This document shows, in pieces, positions 17,633 through 26,329 of a stretch of DNA of 32,000 bases (position 1 is its first letter; the number at the start of each line of letters is the position of its first letter). This stretch comes from Campylobacter concisus (lineage in GTDB: Bacteria > Campylobacterota > Campylobacteria > Campylobacterales > Campylobacteraceae), in the NCBI RefSeq assembly GCF_003048985.1, contig NZ_PIRS01000006.1, positions 65,301 through 97,300 on the forward strand, in the 5' to 3' direction. Under the pieces are notes generated by a model, which did not search any database, was not told where the DNA came from, and was given only the letters and a program-made list of their open reading frames with translations. The position numbers and the translations under genes are program-made.

Positions 17633-18343
17633 TTACTTTGCTAGGTCTGGAAGCTCAGGGTTCCAGTCAAATCTAAAATCAAGCGAGCTATCCCAGTGGT
17701 CTTTCTCCCAGAACCATTTTGAAGGATCGATACTCATTCTTGGTGGTGTGCTAGATCCTAGATATGGCGGTGGACCAGAAGCTATAAAGGCTTGAACGCA
17801 GTTTGCAAGGATGATCACGATAAAGACTAAATTTGCAAATTTGCCAAGTGGTAAGTAGCTTAGAAAGTTGCCATATTCGCCATTTGAGCTTTTTTGCATG
17901 ATAAGGCCTAAGTTTTTGCTAAACAAAAATATAAGAGCCAAAAATATGATCACACAAAAATCAACAACCATAACCCAAAACTGAGTGTGGGCACCTAAAA
18001 TTTCAAGACCAAAACCTTGTTTGATGTCAAGATAGCCGCCAAATGTTCCATCTAGGCTGTAGTGGATAAAGCCGTTAAATATGCCCCAGCAAGCCATTAG
18101 TAAAAGTGCTGCTAGATAGCTAGGCTTTAGTCCGTACCTGATGATGAAAAGCGCTATTAGGCTGATAGCTATCATCGTGATCCTCTCGGCCCAGCACATT
18201 ACGCAAGGGTTATCACCTAGCCCAAAGCCAAGTACTAAACAGGCGATACCAACTGGAAGTGCCACAAGAGCAGTGATGGCCAGTGACATAAGGTTGAAAA
18301 AGCCTTGTTCGTTTGCTGGGATTTCGTTTTGTTTTGTTTGCAT
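17633..18343 (-). CDS. DsbB-family-like membrane protein (CxxC)
   Basis: 236 aa with GGAGG RBS. The motif GDNPCVMCWAERI resembles DsbB PCVLCIYER. It is multi-TM and a paralog of 8360-9115. Confidence 0.75.
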   Translation of the reverse strand: MQTKQNEIPANEQGFFNLMSLAITALVALPVGIACLVLGFGLGDNPCVMCWAERITMIAISLIALFIIRYGLKPSYLAALLLMACWGIFNGFIHYSLDGTFGGYLDIKQGFGLEILGAHTQFWVMVVDFCVIIFLALIFLFSKNLGLIMQKSSNGEYGNFLSYLPLGKFANLVFIVIILANCVQAFIASGPPPYLGSSTPPRMSIDPSKWFWEKDHWDSSLDFRFDWNPELPDLAK

Positions 18344-18352
18344 CTTGCCCTC

Positions 18353-18520
18353 CTAAAAGTTGCCTATTGGCAAGACTACCCATAAATTTACGTAAAATTC
18401 TAGTGCAACTAGTATTACGCACCCCAAAGCCATACAGGACGTTGCTATTTTCTTCATTTGTGGCTTTATGTATAAGATAAGCCCACTAATCAGAAATAGC
18501 GTCAAAATTAGAAATTCCAT
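18353..18520 (-). CDS. Small hydrophobic protein of 55 aa, Dba-like; absent from the ORF track
   Basis: The minus strand encodes MEFLILTLFLISGLILYIKPQMKKIATSCMALGCVILVALEFYVNLWVVLPIGNF*, with GGAG upstream. It is a paralog of 8183-8350 and ends 9 nt before the DsbB-like start. Confidence 0.6.
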   Translation of the reverse strand: MEFLILTLFLISGLILYIKPQMKKIATSCMALGCVILVALEFYVNLWVVLPIGNF

Positions 18521-18816
18521 TTTGAGCTCCCAATTTGTAAATTTTCAACTACAAGCATGCTTATCTGAGAAAAATAATATAACTATATTTATTAAATTTA
18601 GTTTAAAAAATATATTTTTATAGCTAATTTTTATTTTATATAATTGAATTTTGTAAATAAAAATATATTTATACAAAAATATTTTATATAATTAAGCTAT
18701 ATTTAATTAAATTAATATTAATTTTTACAAAATTATTTTTATTAGTTAGCTTGTAAATTCAAATTAGCTTAAAGAATAGTTATGTAATATTTTTGCAAAG
18801 GTAAAAAGGGGTAGTA

Positions 18817-19965
18817 ATGGAAAATATATTTTTAGAATCATACGATGTTTTTAAGGTATGTAAATCCCCAAGCAAATTAAAAATTTATGATGAATTTTTG
18901 CAAAATAACAAAAGGTACTCTATAACGCGTTGCTATTACGTCATTGTAGTGGATAATACCTTTTTAACCTACTCACATCTAATGGTCTATGAGCAACTGC
19001 TCTATCTTTTATACTCACAAAACAAACTAAAAAATGGCGACTTTTCGCTCACTCTTAAAAAAGCAGAGCTTGCTAAGAAATTTAAAACAGACATCACAAA
19101 AAGTGCCACAGATACGATAAAGTGCTTTTATGATATGCAGGATGTGAAAATTTCGATCTTTGTAAAAGATAAGATCGAAAAGCAGATGAATATCATCGAA
19201 TTTATAGATGCAGATCAGACTGAAAAATATGGCGAGCTACAAGATGAGATAAATTTGAGGCTAAACCCAGAATTTGTAAAGCTCTACCGATGCATCTATC
19301 TTGATAAGATCGAGTATTTAAACAGCTTTGACATAGAGCAAGGTAGCTTCATAAGATACTTCATGCAGCACGAGCTAGATGGTGGCGTAAGAAGCTCAGC
19401 TATAATCGATAAAATGGGCGTTTTAAACTATTTGTCTTTTGCTTATAAGAAGCGCTTTGAGCAAGAGGTGGCAAATGTTAGCTTTTATTATAAAAATGAA
19501 AAGTACGAGATAAAAGATGGCTTTGTAGTAGTCACAAATCACGAAAATAGAGTGATGGATAATCAAAATGCCTCTATTGAGCTCTTTGGTCTTATATATG
19601 AACAGATCACAAAAAATTGCACTAAAAACATCTTACTAAATGATGCAAATTTGCAAAATTATTATGCGAGGTTTGGTAAATTTGAAACAAATCAAACTAT
19701 CTTTAAAATTTTTAGCAACATGGAGCTCATGTTAAATCACTCAATGCAAAAAGAAAATGCCAAAATTTCTTTCTTCTCTCACTTTTTTGAAAGCATAGTT
19801 TGTAAAAGAGATGCTGAGCTTGAAATTTTGATCGAACTAAATCAAAAAGGCTTTGAGTATATCATCTCGCGAAGTGCAAATTTAGACTTTTATAACGTTG
19901 AGTCAGCTGACTACGGACTTACTTCATATCCAGCTAGCTCTTGTGCGGTAGGTGGAAATTTCTAA
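18817..19965 (+). CDS. Hypothetical protein, possibly a Rep_3-like replication initiator
   Basis: 382 aa with AAAAGGGG RBS. Loose similarity to initiator proteins is seen in YEQLLYLLYSQNKLKNGDFSLTLKKAELAKKF and LRLNPEFVKLYRC...YLNSFDIEQGSFIRYFMQHEL. It lies next to a very AT-rich repeat-bearing region. Confidence 0.3.
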   Translation: MENIFLESYDVFKVCKSPSKLKIYDEFLQNNKRYSITRCYYVIVVDNTFLTYSHLMVYEQLLYLLYSQNKLKNGDFSLTLKKAELAKKFKTDITKSATDTIKCFYDMQDVKISIFVKDKIEKQMNIIEFIDADQTEKYGELQDEINLRLNPEFVKLYRCIYLDKIEYLNSFDIEQGSFIRYFMQHELDGGVRSSAIIDKMGVLNYLSFAYKKRFEQEVANVSFYYKNEKYEIKDGFVVVTNHENRVMDNQNASIELFGLIYEQITKNCTKNILLNDANLQNYYARFGKFETNQTIFKIFSNMELMLNHSMQKENAKISFFSHFFESIVCKRDAELEILIELNQKGFEYIISRSANLDFYNVESADYGLTSYPASSCAVGGNF

Positions 19966-19967
19966 AT

Positions 19968-20576
19968 TCAGTTGATTTTAGCTTTTAGTTTGGCGATAAC
20001 CTCGTCAAGCTTCCCGCTATCTTGAGCGTTTTTTAGGCATTCGTTTATCTCGGTCATCTTTTTTGTAAATTCGTTTTTTATAATGTCAGCCACAAAGTCC
20101 TCGCTGCTAGTCTCGTCCAAGATAGGATACATGTCTCGCCAGATATCTTTGATCCACCAGCCGCATTTTGATATGCAAGGAAACTCTTTAAGCTCGCCAA
20201 GCTTTAGGCTCATCATAACCTCATCAGAGCATTTGATATCGTCTGTGACAAAGTCTTTATGTGCGCTATCAAAGCTCGTAAACATGCGGTAGCCAAGGCT
20301 TGATACGTTGTTTTCAGAGCAAATTCTAAACTGAAAAATATTATCTTGATAGTCTAAATTCGATATGCAAATTTGATGTTTTTGGGTGAAATTTGGAAAT
20401 GAGTTAAACCTTTTATCATCTATGTCTAGCTGCCAGTTTGAGCCACTATCGCTATTTAAAAACTCTTTAAAGCTTAGTTGTACAAATTCTTTATAGCTCA
20501 TCTCATCAGCTTCGAAAAAGTCATAGTTACTACTGTTTTTTTCTTTAAAATCTTTAAATTTCATATTGTTTCCCAT
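19968..20576 (-). CDS. Hypothetical protein
   Basis: 202-aa ORF with no recognisable motifs. It is convergent with the previous gene, and the two stop codons are only 2 bp apart. Confidence 0.5.
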   Translation of the reverse strand: MGNNMKFKDFKEKNSSNYDFFEADEMSYKEFVQLSFKEFLNSDSGSNWQLDIDDKRFNSFPNFTQKHQICISNLDYQDNIFQFRICSENNVSSLGYRMFTSFDSAHKDFVTDDIKCSDEVMMSLKLGELKEFPCISKCGWWIKDIWRDMYPILDETSSEDFVADIIKNEFTKKMTEINECLKNAQDSGKLDEVIAKLKAKIN

Positions 20577-20853
20577 TAAATATCATCTCTAACTTATCCA
20601 AAAAGATATTTCACTATTCTATGATAATTTATCTTATTGATCTTTAAAATTTTAATCAGGCTTTCTAAAACTTATTCTATATTCTTTATCCTTTTTTGAG
20701 TGTTATAACGACCTTTGAGTCTATTTTAGTGTATTAGAAACCACAAGATTTATTAGTTACCTTATAATTAATAAGAGAATTGTTCACTGTGGATAAAAAA
20801 GTTAAAATTAATCTTGCTAATATGGATTATAAAACATGTAAGATAGAACTTAG

Positions 20854-21389
20854 AATTTAGAGATATCGCCTGCTTTAAAGAAAATATTTATAGAGCAAGT
20901 AGATAAAATTATTTGGAGCAATAAAATCGCATCTTCAACCACTAACCTTGCAGATGGCAATCTCGTAAAAGAGATCGAAGTCTTTGTGGTATTTTTAAAG
21001 AGCCCAAACCTAGATGATGAGCTATTGCGCCACATAGATAGAGTGGTGCCGTACATATAGTTTTTATCTTAGAGTATCAGGGCGGATACAAAGCTTGTAT
21101 TTGCTATAAAGAGGCCACTATATCTGGAAATATGGCTTTTAAAGTAAATTCTTACTACTATACCGACTGGCAAAACAAGCAAGATTTGCATTTAAAGCTA
21201 GAAAGCTTAAATCTTGACACAGCCTACGAAAATTTTATTCGTCAAATAGCTGGCGATAAATTACAAAATTTGATTTTAGGCGAAAGCCTCAAAGAGTCTG
21301 TAGCTAGGTTGGAGCAAAAGGAGCTTTTACAAAGGCAAATTTTCGCATTAGAGTCTAAAATTCGCAAAGAAAAGCAGTTGCTCTTATAA
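20854..21389 (+). pseudogene. DUF4391-family gene remnant: 5'-truncated, one frameshift near 21042-21060, C-terminus truncated
   Basis: The first frame reads ...KKIFIEQVDKIIWSNKIASSTTNLADGNLVKEIEVFVVFLKSPNLDDELLRHIDRVVPYI*. Shifted by one base, the next frame reads IVFILEYQGGYKACICYKE...KVNSYYYTDWQNKQDLHLKLESLNLDTAYENFIRQIAG, which fits the DUF4391 pattern. No start codon is present. Confidence 0.6.
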
Positions 21390-21867
21390 ATGATGAAAAA
21401 GCGACGGCGATTATACAGCATATTACCTATAATGCGCTAGATGAAAAATACGGTACCGCGGTTTTTACGGATCCTACGATAAAAGGTCAGCTTGACAAAA
21501 ATGCGGTTAAAACAAAAAACATCTTTACGATCATGTCGTGTATGATTCTTCAAATGAGAAGAATTTTGCAATGGAACTAGATACAAGCAAGGACGTTGCC
21601 GTTTATGTTAAGCTTCCAAGTGGCTTTTATATAAGCACGCCTGTGGAAAATACAATCCCGACTGGGCGATCGCGTTTTATGAGGGCGATATCAAGCATAT
21701 TTATTTTGTGGCAGAGGTCAAGGGGTTTATGAACTCTATGCAGCTTCGCCGCGTCGAAGAATCAAAAATCCACTGCGCAAAGGAGTATTTTAAGGCTATA
21801 AGTAGTGATAGTGTGGTCTATCGTGGCGGATAGCTACAAATCGCTACTGGATAAAGTTATGAAGTAA
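21389..21867 (+). pseudogene. C-terminal remnant of a type III restriction enzyme Res-like subunit (PD-(D/E)xK endonuclease region) with at least three frameshifts
   Basis: The pieces fall in three frames: NDEKATAIIQHITYNALDEKYGTAVFTDPTIKGQL...; [40 protein letters not shown]; [46 protein letters not shown]; and [13 protein letters not shown]. Confidence 0.6.
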
Positions 21868-22502
21868 TATTATCAAAGAGCTATACCATAATTTAGAAGA
21901 GCTTTTTGCAACGTACCTAAACCGTTGCTGTCTTGCTCTTCTTTTTTGTATTGAAATATTAACTATAATAGATAAGGTCAAAAAGTTATAGCAATATAAA
22001 AGTAATTTCTTTATAAAAATATCTTTGTGTGCGAATCAAATTTTTAACATGACCACTTCAAAGCCTATAAAAATATATGCATTAAGCTATTTATAAGTAT
22101 TTTTTTGATATGCAAGGTCACATAGTCAACTAATCAACAAACCACTTGGTATATCGCATTCTTCAGACCATAAATCCATATTTCTTCCTTATTAATTGAA
22201 TAAGTTATCAAATTATCCTATAATTTGCACAATTTGCTTAAAAGCATTTTAGAAATAAAAGGAGGAAAATATGAATAAAAATATTTAAAGGTAGAGATTC
22301 AGCCTAAGTATTTAAAAGAGAATCTCTACAATATAGTAATAAGCACACCTATTGTAATCATTCTCTACTTTTAAAATACTTAAATAAAAAACTTCATTAG
22401 CACCAACCATATTGAGTTTATTGGGCACACTATAAGTATGCCTATTTGGTGAGATAGTTATCACTATCTTTATAAAAATTTAAAAAATCGAAAGGGAAAA
22501 AT

Positions 22503-22805
22503 ATGGCTAGTAAAAAAGCACTTTTAAAGGACTTAAAAGTCATTAGAAAAAACAAGAAAAAAGATGAGATTAAACAAGTATGTATTGAAGTCTTGTTTCC
22601 AGAAAAAGCAACACTCAAAGAGTGCAAGTTACTAATCGAAAAAAGTTTTAGCGTAAAGCTATCAAACAAGGAGTTTTCCAAATGGAGGAAAGAGTATGAA
22701 GAAACAAATGCCAATCAACCCTCTGATGCATGTCATATTATCTTACCCAACGAAGATAATAAAGAATATGAGGAGCTAAGCAATGGCACTAACAATCAAG
22801 AGTAG
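22503..22805 (+). CDS. Hypothetical small basic/acidic protein of the mobilisation block
   Basis: 100-aa ORF. The antisense 90-aa ORF is F/L/S-rich and judged spurious. A 7-bp inverted repeat (AGATAGT-TATC-ACTATCT) lies about 35 bp upstream. Confidence 0.45.
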   Translation: MASKKALLKDLKVIRKNKKKDEIKQVCIEVLFPEKATLKECKLLIEKSFSVKLSNKEFSKWRKEYEETNANQPSDACHIILPNEDNKEYEELSNGTNNQE

Positions 22806-23328
22806 CGATACAGCAGTTGCGGCAAATGCCGTAATTGCTCTACAAGAACATATCGAAATGAGCAATAAGGCTAGTGAAAATATTAGAAATAATATTGAAC
22901 TTTTTAATCAAGCCGCAGATAGCTTTGATAAAAGCTTTAAAGAAAAAATAGAACTTATAGAGCAAGGAGGTATTGAACTTATAAATGCAACAAAAGAGAT
23001 TCAAAACAACTTTAAAAATACTCTAAAAGGTGCAGACAAAACTATATCGAAGATCAACTCATCTTTTAGCTCTTTGATGAAGAATATAGTATCTGCATTA
23101 ATTGCCTTTGTATTTATAGAAGCGATCTTCTTTTTTGGCTACATGTTTTATGATAGCCATAAGACAAATGAAGCCAGATCTGTACTACAAAGCAGTCTAG
23201 ATAAGGCACTTTATGATGTGTCTAATCTTAAAGGCTTTATCATCCATATCTACAACCAAGATAGCCAAAAAGCTAGCAAAGATTTTACTAAATGGCTAAA
23301 CACAAATGGTGACAGCAATGTTTGGTAG
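22783..23328 (+). CDS. Hypothetical coiled-coil protein with one TM helix
   Basis: 181 aa with GAGGAG RBS 7 nt upstream. It overlaps the previous ORF by 23 nt. The TM segment is IVSALIAFVFIEAIFFFGYMFY. Confidence 0.55.
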   Translation: MALTIKSSDTAVAANAVIALQEHIEMSNKASENIRNNIELFNQAADSFDKSFKEKIELIEQGGIELINATKEIQNNFKNTLKGADKTISKINSSFSSLMKNIVSALIAFVFIEAIFFFGYMFYDSHKTNEARSVLQSSLDKALYDVSNLKGFIIHIYNQDSQKASKDFTKWLNTNGDSNVW

Positions 23329-23418
23329 TAAGCAAATTTTTCTAATAGCAAGACACATACAATGTATGACACTTCGTTTTCATACCTTGTATAATCTTGC
23401 TCTGCCGAGGGCTACAAT

Positions 23419-23454
23419 GCGAGATATAAGAAGCGTTAAAACGCTTCATCTCGC
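23419..23454. promoter_or_regulatory. oriT-candidate compound inverted repeat upstream of mobC
   Basis: The arms are GCGAGAT-ATAA-GAAGCGTT-AA-AACGCTTC-ATCTCGC, giving 15 paired positions with a 4-nt bulge. A second palindrome, CATACA-A-TGTATG, lies at 23356-23368, and a TGTATAAT -10-like box at 23388-23395. Confidence 0.45.
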
Positions 23455-23465
23455 TAGCACATTTT

Positions 23466-23843
23466 ATGAAAGGGTATCATATGTCAAAAAATGTCAAGGA
23501 TAAGGTGCTCTCCGCAAGGATCACTTATCAACAATACGATAAGCTATCTAAAATAGCTCTAGAGTTAGATATGTCAAGATCAGAAATCATTTCCTATCTT
23601 ATAGATAATGGCACTGTAAATTCTGAATCCATAAAAAAGAAAGGGCTAGATGCATCAATAATTACATATTTTTCTAGACCTTTTAATAACATTAATCAAA
23701 TAGCAAAGAGACTAAATATAGCTTATAAGACTAGTGATAATATAGATTTAGAAGTGATACTGCAAACACAAGAAGAGTTGTACAAAATTCAATCAGTCCT
23801 AACTGAAATTTTAAGCATAATAAGGAGTAACTATGATAGTTAA
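23466..23843 (+). CDS. mobC: MobC-family relaxosome accessory protein
   Basis: It has an N-terminal RHH-like segment (RITYQQYDKLSKIALELDMSRSEIISYLI) and the MobC motif FSRPFNNINQIAKRLN. The true start may be the ATG at 23481 (MSKNVKD). Confidence 0.7.
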   Translation: MKGYHMSKNVKDKVLSARITYQQYDKLSKIALELDMSRSEIISYLIDNGTVNSESIKKKGLDASIITYFSRPFNNINQIAKRLNIAYKTSDNIDLEVILQTQEELYKIQSVLTEILSIIRSNYDS

Positions 23844-26283
23844 GATCTCAAAGGGAGAAAAAGGCATAGCTGATTATCTAAAAACTGGCAAGAAAAGAGA
23901 TTCAAAGCTAACTAGAGATGAAAAAGATGATAGATTGCCACTGGCTGGAAATTTAGATCTTATAGAGATGTCTGAAAAGCACCAGATAAAGAAAAAGAAC
24001 AAGAAATATAACTACTATCATATATCCTTGTCATTTACTTCAGAGGAGTGGAGCAGACTATATGAAAGTGGCAATATAGATGAGTTTATAATGGACTTTT
24101 TGAAACTAACTTTCCCAAATCACGACATAGAGGAGCTACTTTTCTACGTTGAAGCTCATCTGCCTATAATCAAAGAAGAGCCATACATTCCTCGTCCAGA
24201 AGGGGCACTAGAAAATAGAACATTAAACAAGAAACATAAAAATGGCGAACCATTAAAAAGAGAGCCTCACATCCATCTAATAGTCTCTTTTGAAAATATA
24301 AAATTTACTCATAGCGTAAAAACTGGTGGAGCCATATATACAAAAGGTGCAGCCAAGCAACAAGTAAAAGCTATCATGGCTAAATCAGTAGAGAAATTTA
24401 AAAGAGTGGTTAATGACATCTTATCTAACAAGTATGGTTTGAATAATATAGAGCCTTTAAGCATGGATGAAGACCAACTAAAAAAGCAATATGAAAGCTT
24501 TAAAAGTGCAGCACAAAAGGTTAAGAAAGGCAAAGAAAAAGATACGCATATGAAGATAGAAACAGATGTGGTGATCGAGCCAAAAGCAAATACAAAAGAG
24601 CAAAATATAAGTGTTGAAGAGATACTAGCTGATGCTAAAAATTCTACAGCTGATTATCTATTAAGAATGATAGAAGAAGATGAGAGTTTCAAAAAAGACT
24701 ACTATGATAGAGCAAAGAGGCTTAACGCAATGGATATAAGAGAATTTTTGCCTATGATCAATGCAAAATTTAACATTACCGCAAAACCTAAAATAGTAAA
24801 TGACAAATATAAAGTAAGTGTAGATGAGTTTAAGGGAACTTATAATCTAACTGATCTAATGTGTAAGATAGTCTATAATGGCAGAAAAGGAGCATTATTT
24901 CATGTAGTTAATGAACTAGAGCAAATGCTTATAGAGCTTCAAGCCAATAAAAATGAGCCAAAGATAACATTGAGTGTGAGCAGTGACTTTGGCGCGCCAA
25001 ATAAGGACCCAAAAACTCAAGTGCTAAATAACTGGGAAACGATACAAATAGAGCCATACAACCTAAAATCGGTACTTAAAAACTATTCAGCTATATCAGT
25101 GGCAAGTTTTAAGGATAAAAATGAAGAAGATAGCAGTATTGATAGCATAACTCCTACACTTATATATGATATAGATAACTCTAAATTTACTGCAAATGAT
25201 GCTCAAAATTTACTGCAAAGCAAAGAGATAAAAGGCTTCATATACCCAACCACTTATCAAACACCGGATACAAAAGTGGAGAAATTTAAACTCATCATAC
25301 CCACAACAAAGGCTCCAAGCGTGAATGAATATGATGAATACATAAAAGAGATAACAAGAGAGCTTGGGTTATATAACATAGTAAATAACCAGAGTCTATA
25401 TCCTAGTAAATTTCACTACACTCCAGTGCCAGGAGCTGAACTTGTAAGCATTAGTGGAAAAACTTTGGATAATACAAGAGCCATTGAAGAGGCTGGCTTA
25501 AAAACAGATATTAATAATATGGATATTAAAGCCATATATGAAGATTTACAAAAACTAAGAAGATATGAGCTTAGCCATGAACCAAAAGATAGCAACTTGC
25601 ATATTAAAAGAGCAAGCTACCAAGCTATTTCATCAAAGATTCCAATAAAAGAGTTAATAGAATACTTTGACGAGAGCACTGTGTTTAAAAAATATAAAAA
25701 TCATCAAATACTTTCTGGCAAGAGCGGCAGATACCTATACCTACCAGAAGAAAACACAGCCTATTCTTTTAGCCAAAATAGACACTATACTCCATATATC
25801 TACATTAGAGATAAATTTTATGAAGCAGCCAGAAAGATAAAAACTGGATTTTATGATGATGATCTCATTCAAAAGCTAAGACTTAAACAAAATGAATATG
25901 AAGGCCTAGTAAAATGTATCGATGGCCATTTAGATATAAATAGATACTATTTAGCTTTTATAAATAGAACTGAAAACTTTAAAAAATATCTATCAGATAT
26001 AGCCAAGATTAACTATAAAGGCTTAATTTATAATATAAAAACATATATGAAAGATTGGCAAGATATGCAAGGCTTTAATAAGCTAAAGGAGTGTTATAAA
26101 GCATATAAGATCTCTCTAGCAAATGATCATATATCATTTGGCTCATTAAAAATAACAAAGCAAGAGCTATGTGATCAAGGACTTGATAAGGACTTTGGGG
26201 TGAAGCAATCAACACAACAATTAAATGAGATAGAGGGCAAAGAGCAAAATGTAAAATCAGGATATGATGGTTTGGGAAGGTAG
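23833..26283 (+). CDS. Relaxase (MobA/VirD2-type N-terminal domain) with a ~550-aa C-terminal extension
   Basis: 816 aa with AGGAG RBS, overlapping mobC by 11 nt. The N-terminus MIVKISKGEKGIADYLKTGKK..., the block YYHISLSFTSEEW and the histidine motif EPHIHLIVSF fit the relaxase domain. The C-terminal region is unassigned. Confidence 0.7.
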   Translation: MIVKISKGEKGIADYLKTGKKRDSKLTRDEKDDRLPLAGNLDLIEMSEKHQIKKKNKKYNYYHISLSFTSEEWSRLYESGNIDEFIMDFLKLTFPNHDIEELLFYVEAHLPIIKEEPYIPRPEGALENRTLNKKHKNGEPLKREPHIHLIVSFENIKFTHSVKTGGAIYTKGAAKQQVKAIMAKSVEKFKRVVNDILSNKYGLNNIEPLSMDEDQLKKQYESFKSAAQKVKKGKEKDTHMKIETDVVIEPKANTKEQNISVEEILADAKNSTADYLLRMIEEDESFKKDYYDRAKRLNAMDIREFLPMINAKFNITAKPKIVNDKYKVSVDEFKGTYNLTDLMCKIVYNGRKGALFHVVNELEQMLIELQANKNEPKITLSVSSDFGAPNKDPKTQVLNNWETIQIEPYNLKSVLKNYSAISVASFKDKNEEDSSIDSITPTLIYDIDNSKFTANDAQNLLQSKEIKGFIYPTTYQTPDTKVEKFKLIIPTTKAPSVNEYDEYIKEITRELGLYNIVNNQSLYPSKFHYTPVPGAELVSISGKTLDNTRAIEEAGLKTDINNMDIKAIYEDLQKLRRYELSHEPKDSNLHIKRASYQAISSKIPIKELIEYFDESTVFKKYKNHQILSGKSGRYLYLPEENTAYSFSQNRHYTPYIYIRDKFYEAARKIKTGFYDDDLIQKLRLKQNEYEGLVKCIDGHLDINRYYLAFINRTENFKKYLSDIAKINYKGLIYNIKTYMKDWQDMQGFNKLKECYKAYKISLANDHISFGSLKITKQELCDQGLDKDFGVKQSTQQLNEIEGKEQNVKSGYDGLGR

Positions 26284-26329
26284 ATTTTGTAGAAGCCAGA
26301 TCATTAGCATTGCATCTTCTTGGCTGTCT

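Larger units (their letters stand above)
18817..26283. mobile_element. Plasmid-like / mobilisable block: possible rep, decayed R-M genes, mobC and relaxase
   Basis: The gene content is listed in the individual features. No flanking repeats were identified, so the boundaries are approximate. Confidence 0.35.

Noticed and set aside
20850-21732. ORFs 20850-21056(-), 21132-21389(+) and 21538-21732(+) as independent genes
   Set aside because: The plus-strand ORFs are single-frame pieces of the frameshifted DUF4391 and Res-like pseudogenes. The minus-strand ORF is antisense to the DUF4391 remnant.
22271-22327. Five-codon mini-ORF (MNKNI*) with a strong AAAGGAGG RBS, followed by an 8-bp-stem hairpin (AGAGATTC/GAATCTCT): a possible leader-peptide attenuator
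   Set aside because: The hairpin loop is long (19 nt) and there is no T-tract. The next gene is about 175 bp away, and no alternative pairing is evident. The evidence is insufficient.
22442-22714. 90-aa minus-strand ORF
   Set aside because: It is antisense to the 100-aa plus-strand ORF, which has an RBS and is translationally linked to the next gene. Its translation is F/L/S-rich.
23306-23503. 65-aa ORF upstream of and overlapping mobC
   Set aside because: It has no RBS, and it spans the promoter-like box and the oriT-like hairpins. It is more plausibly non-coding.
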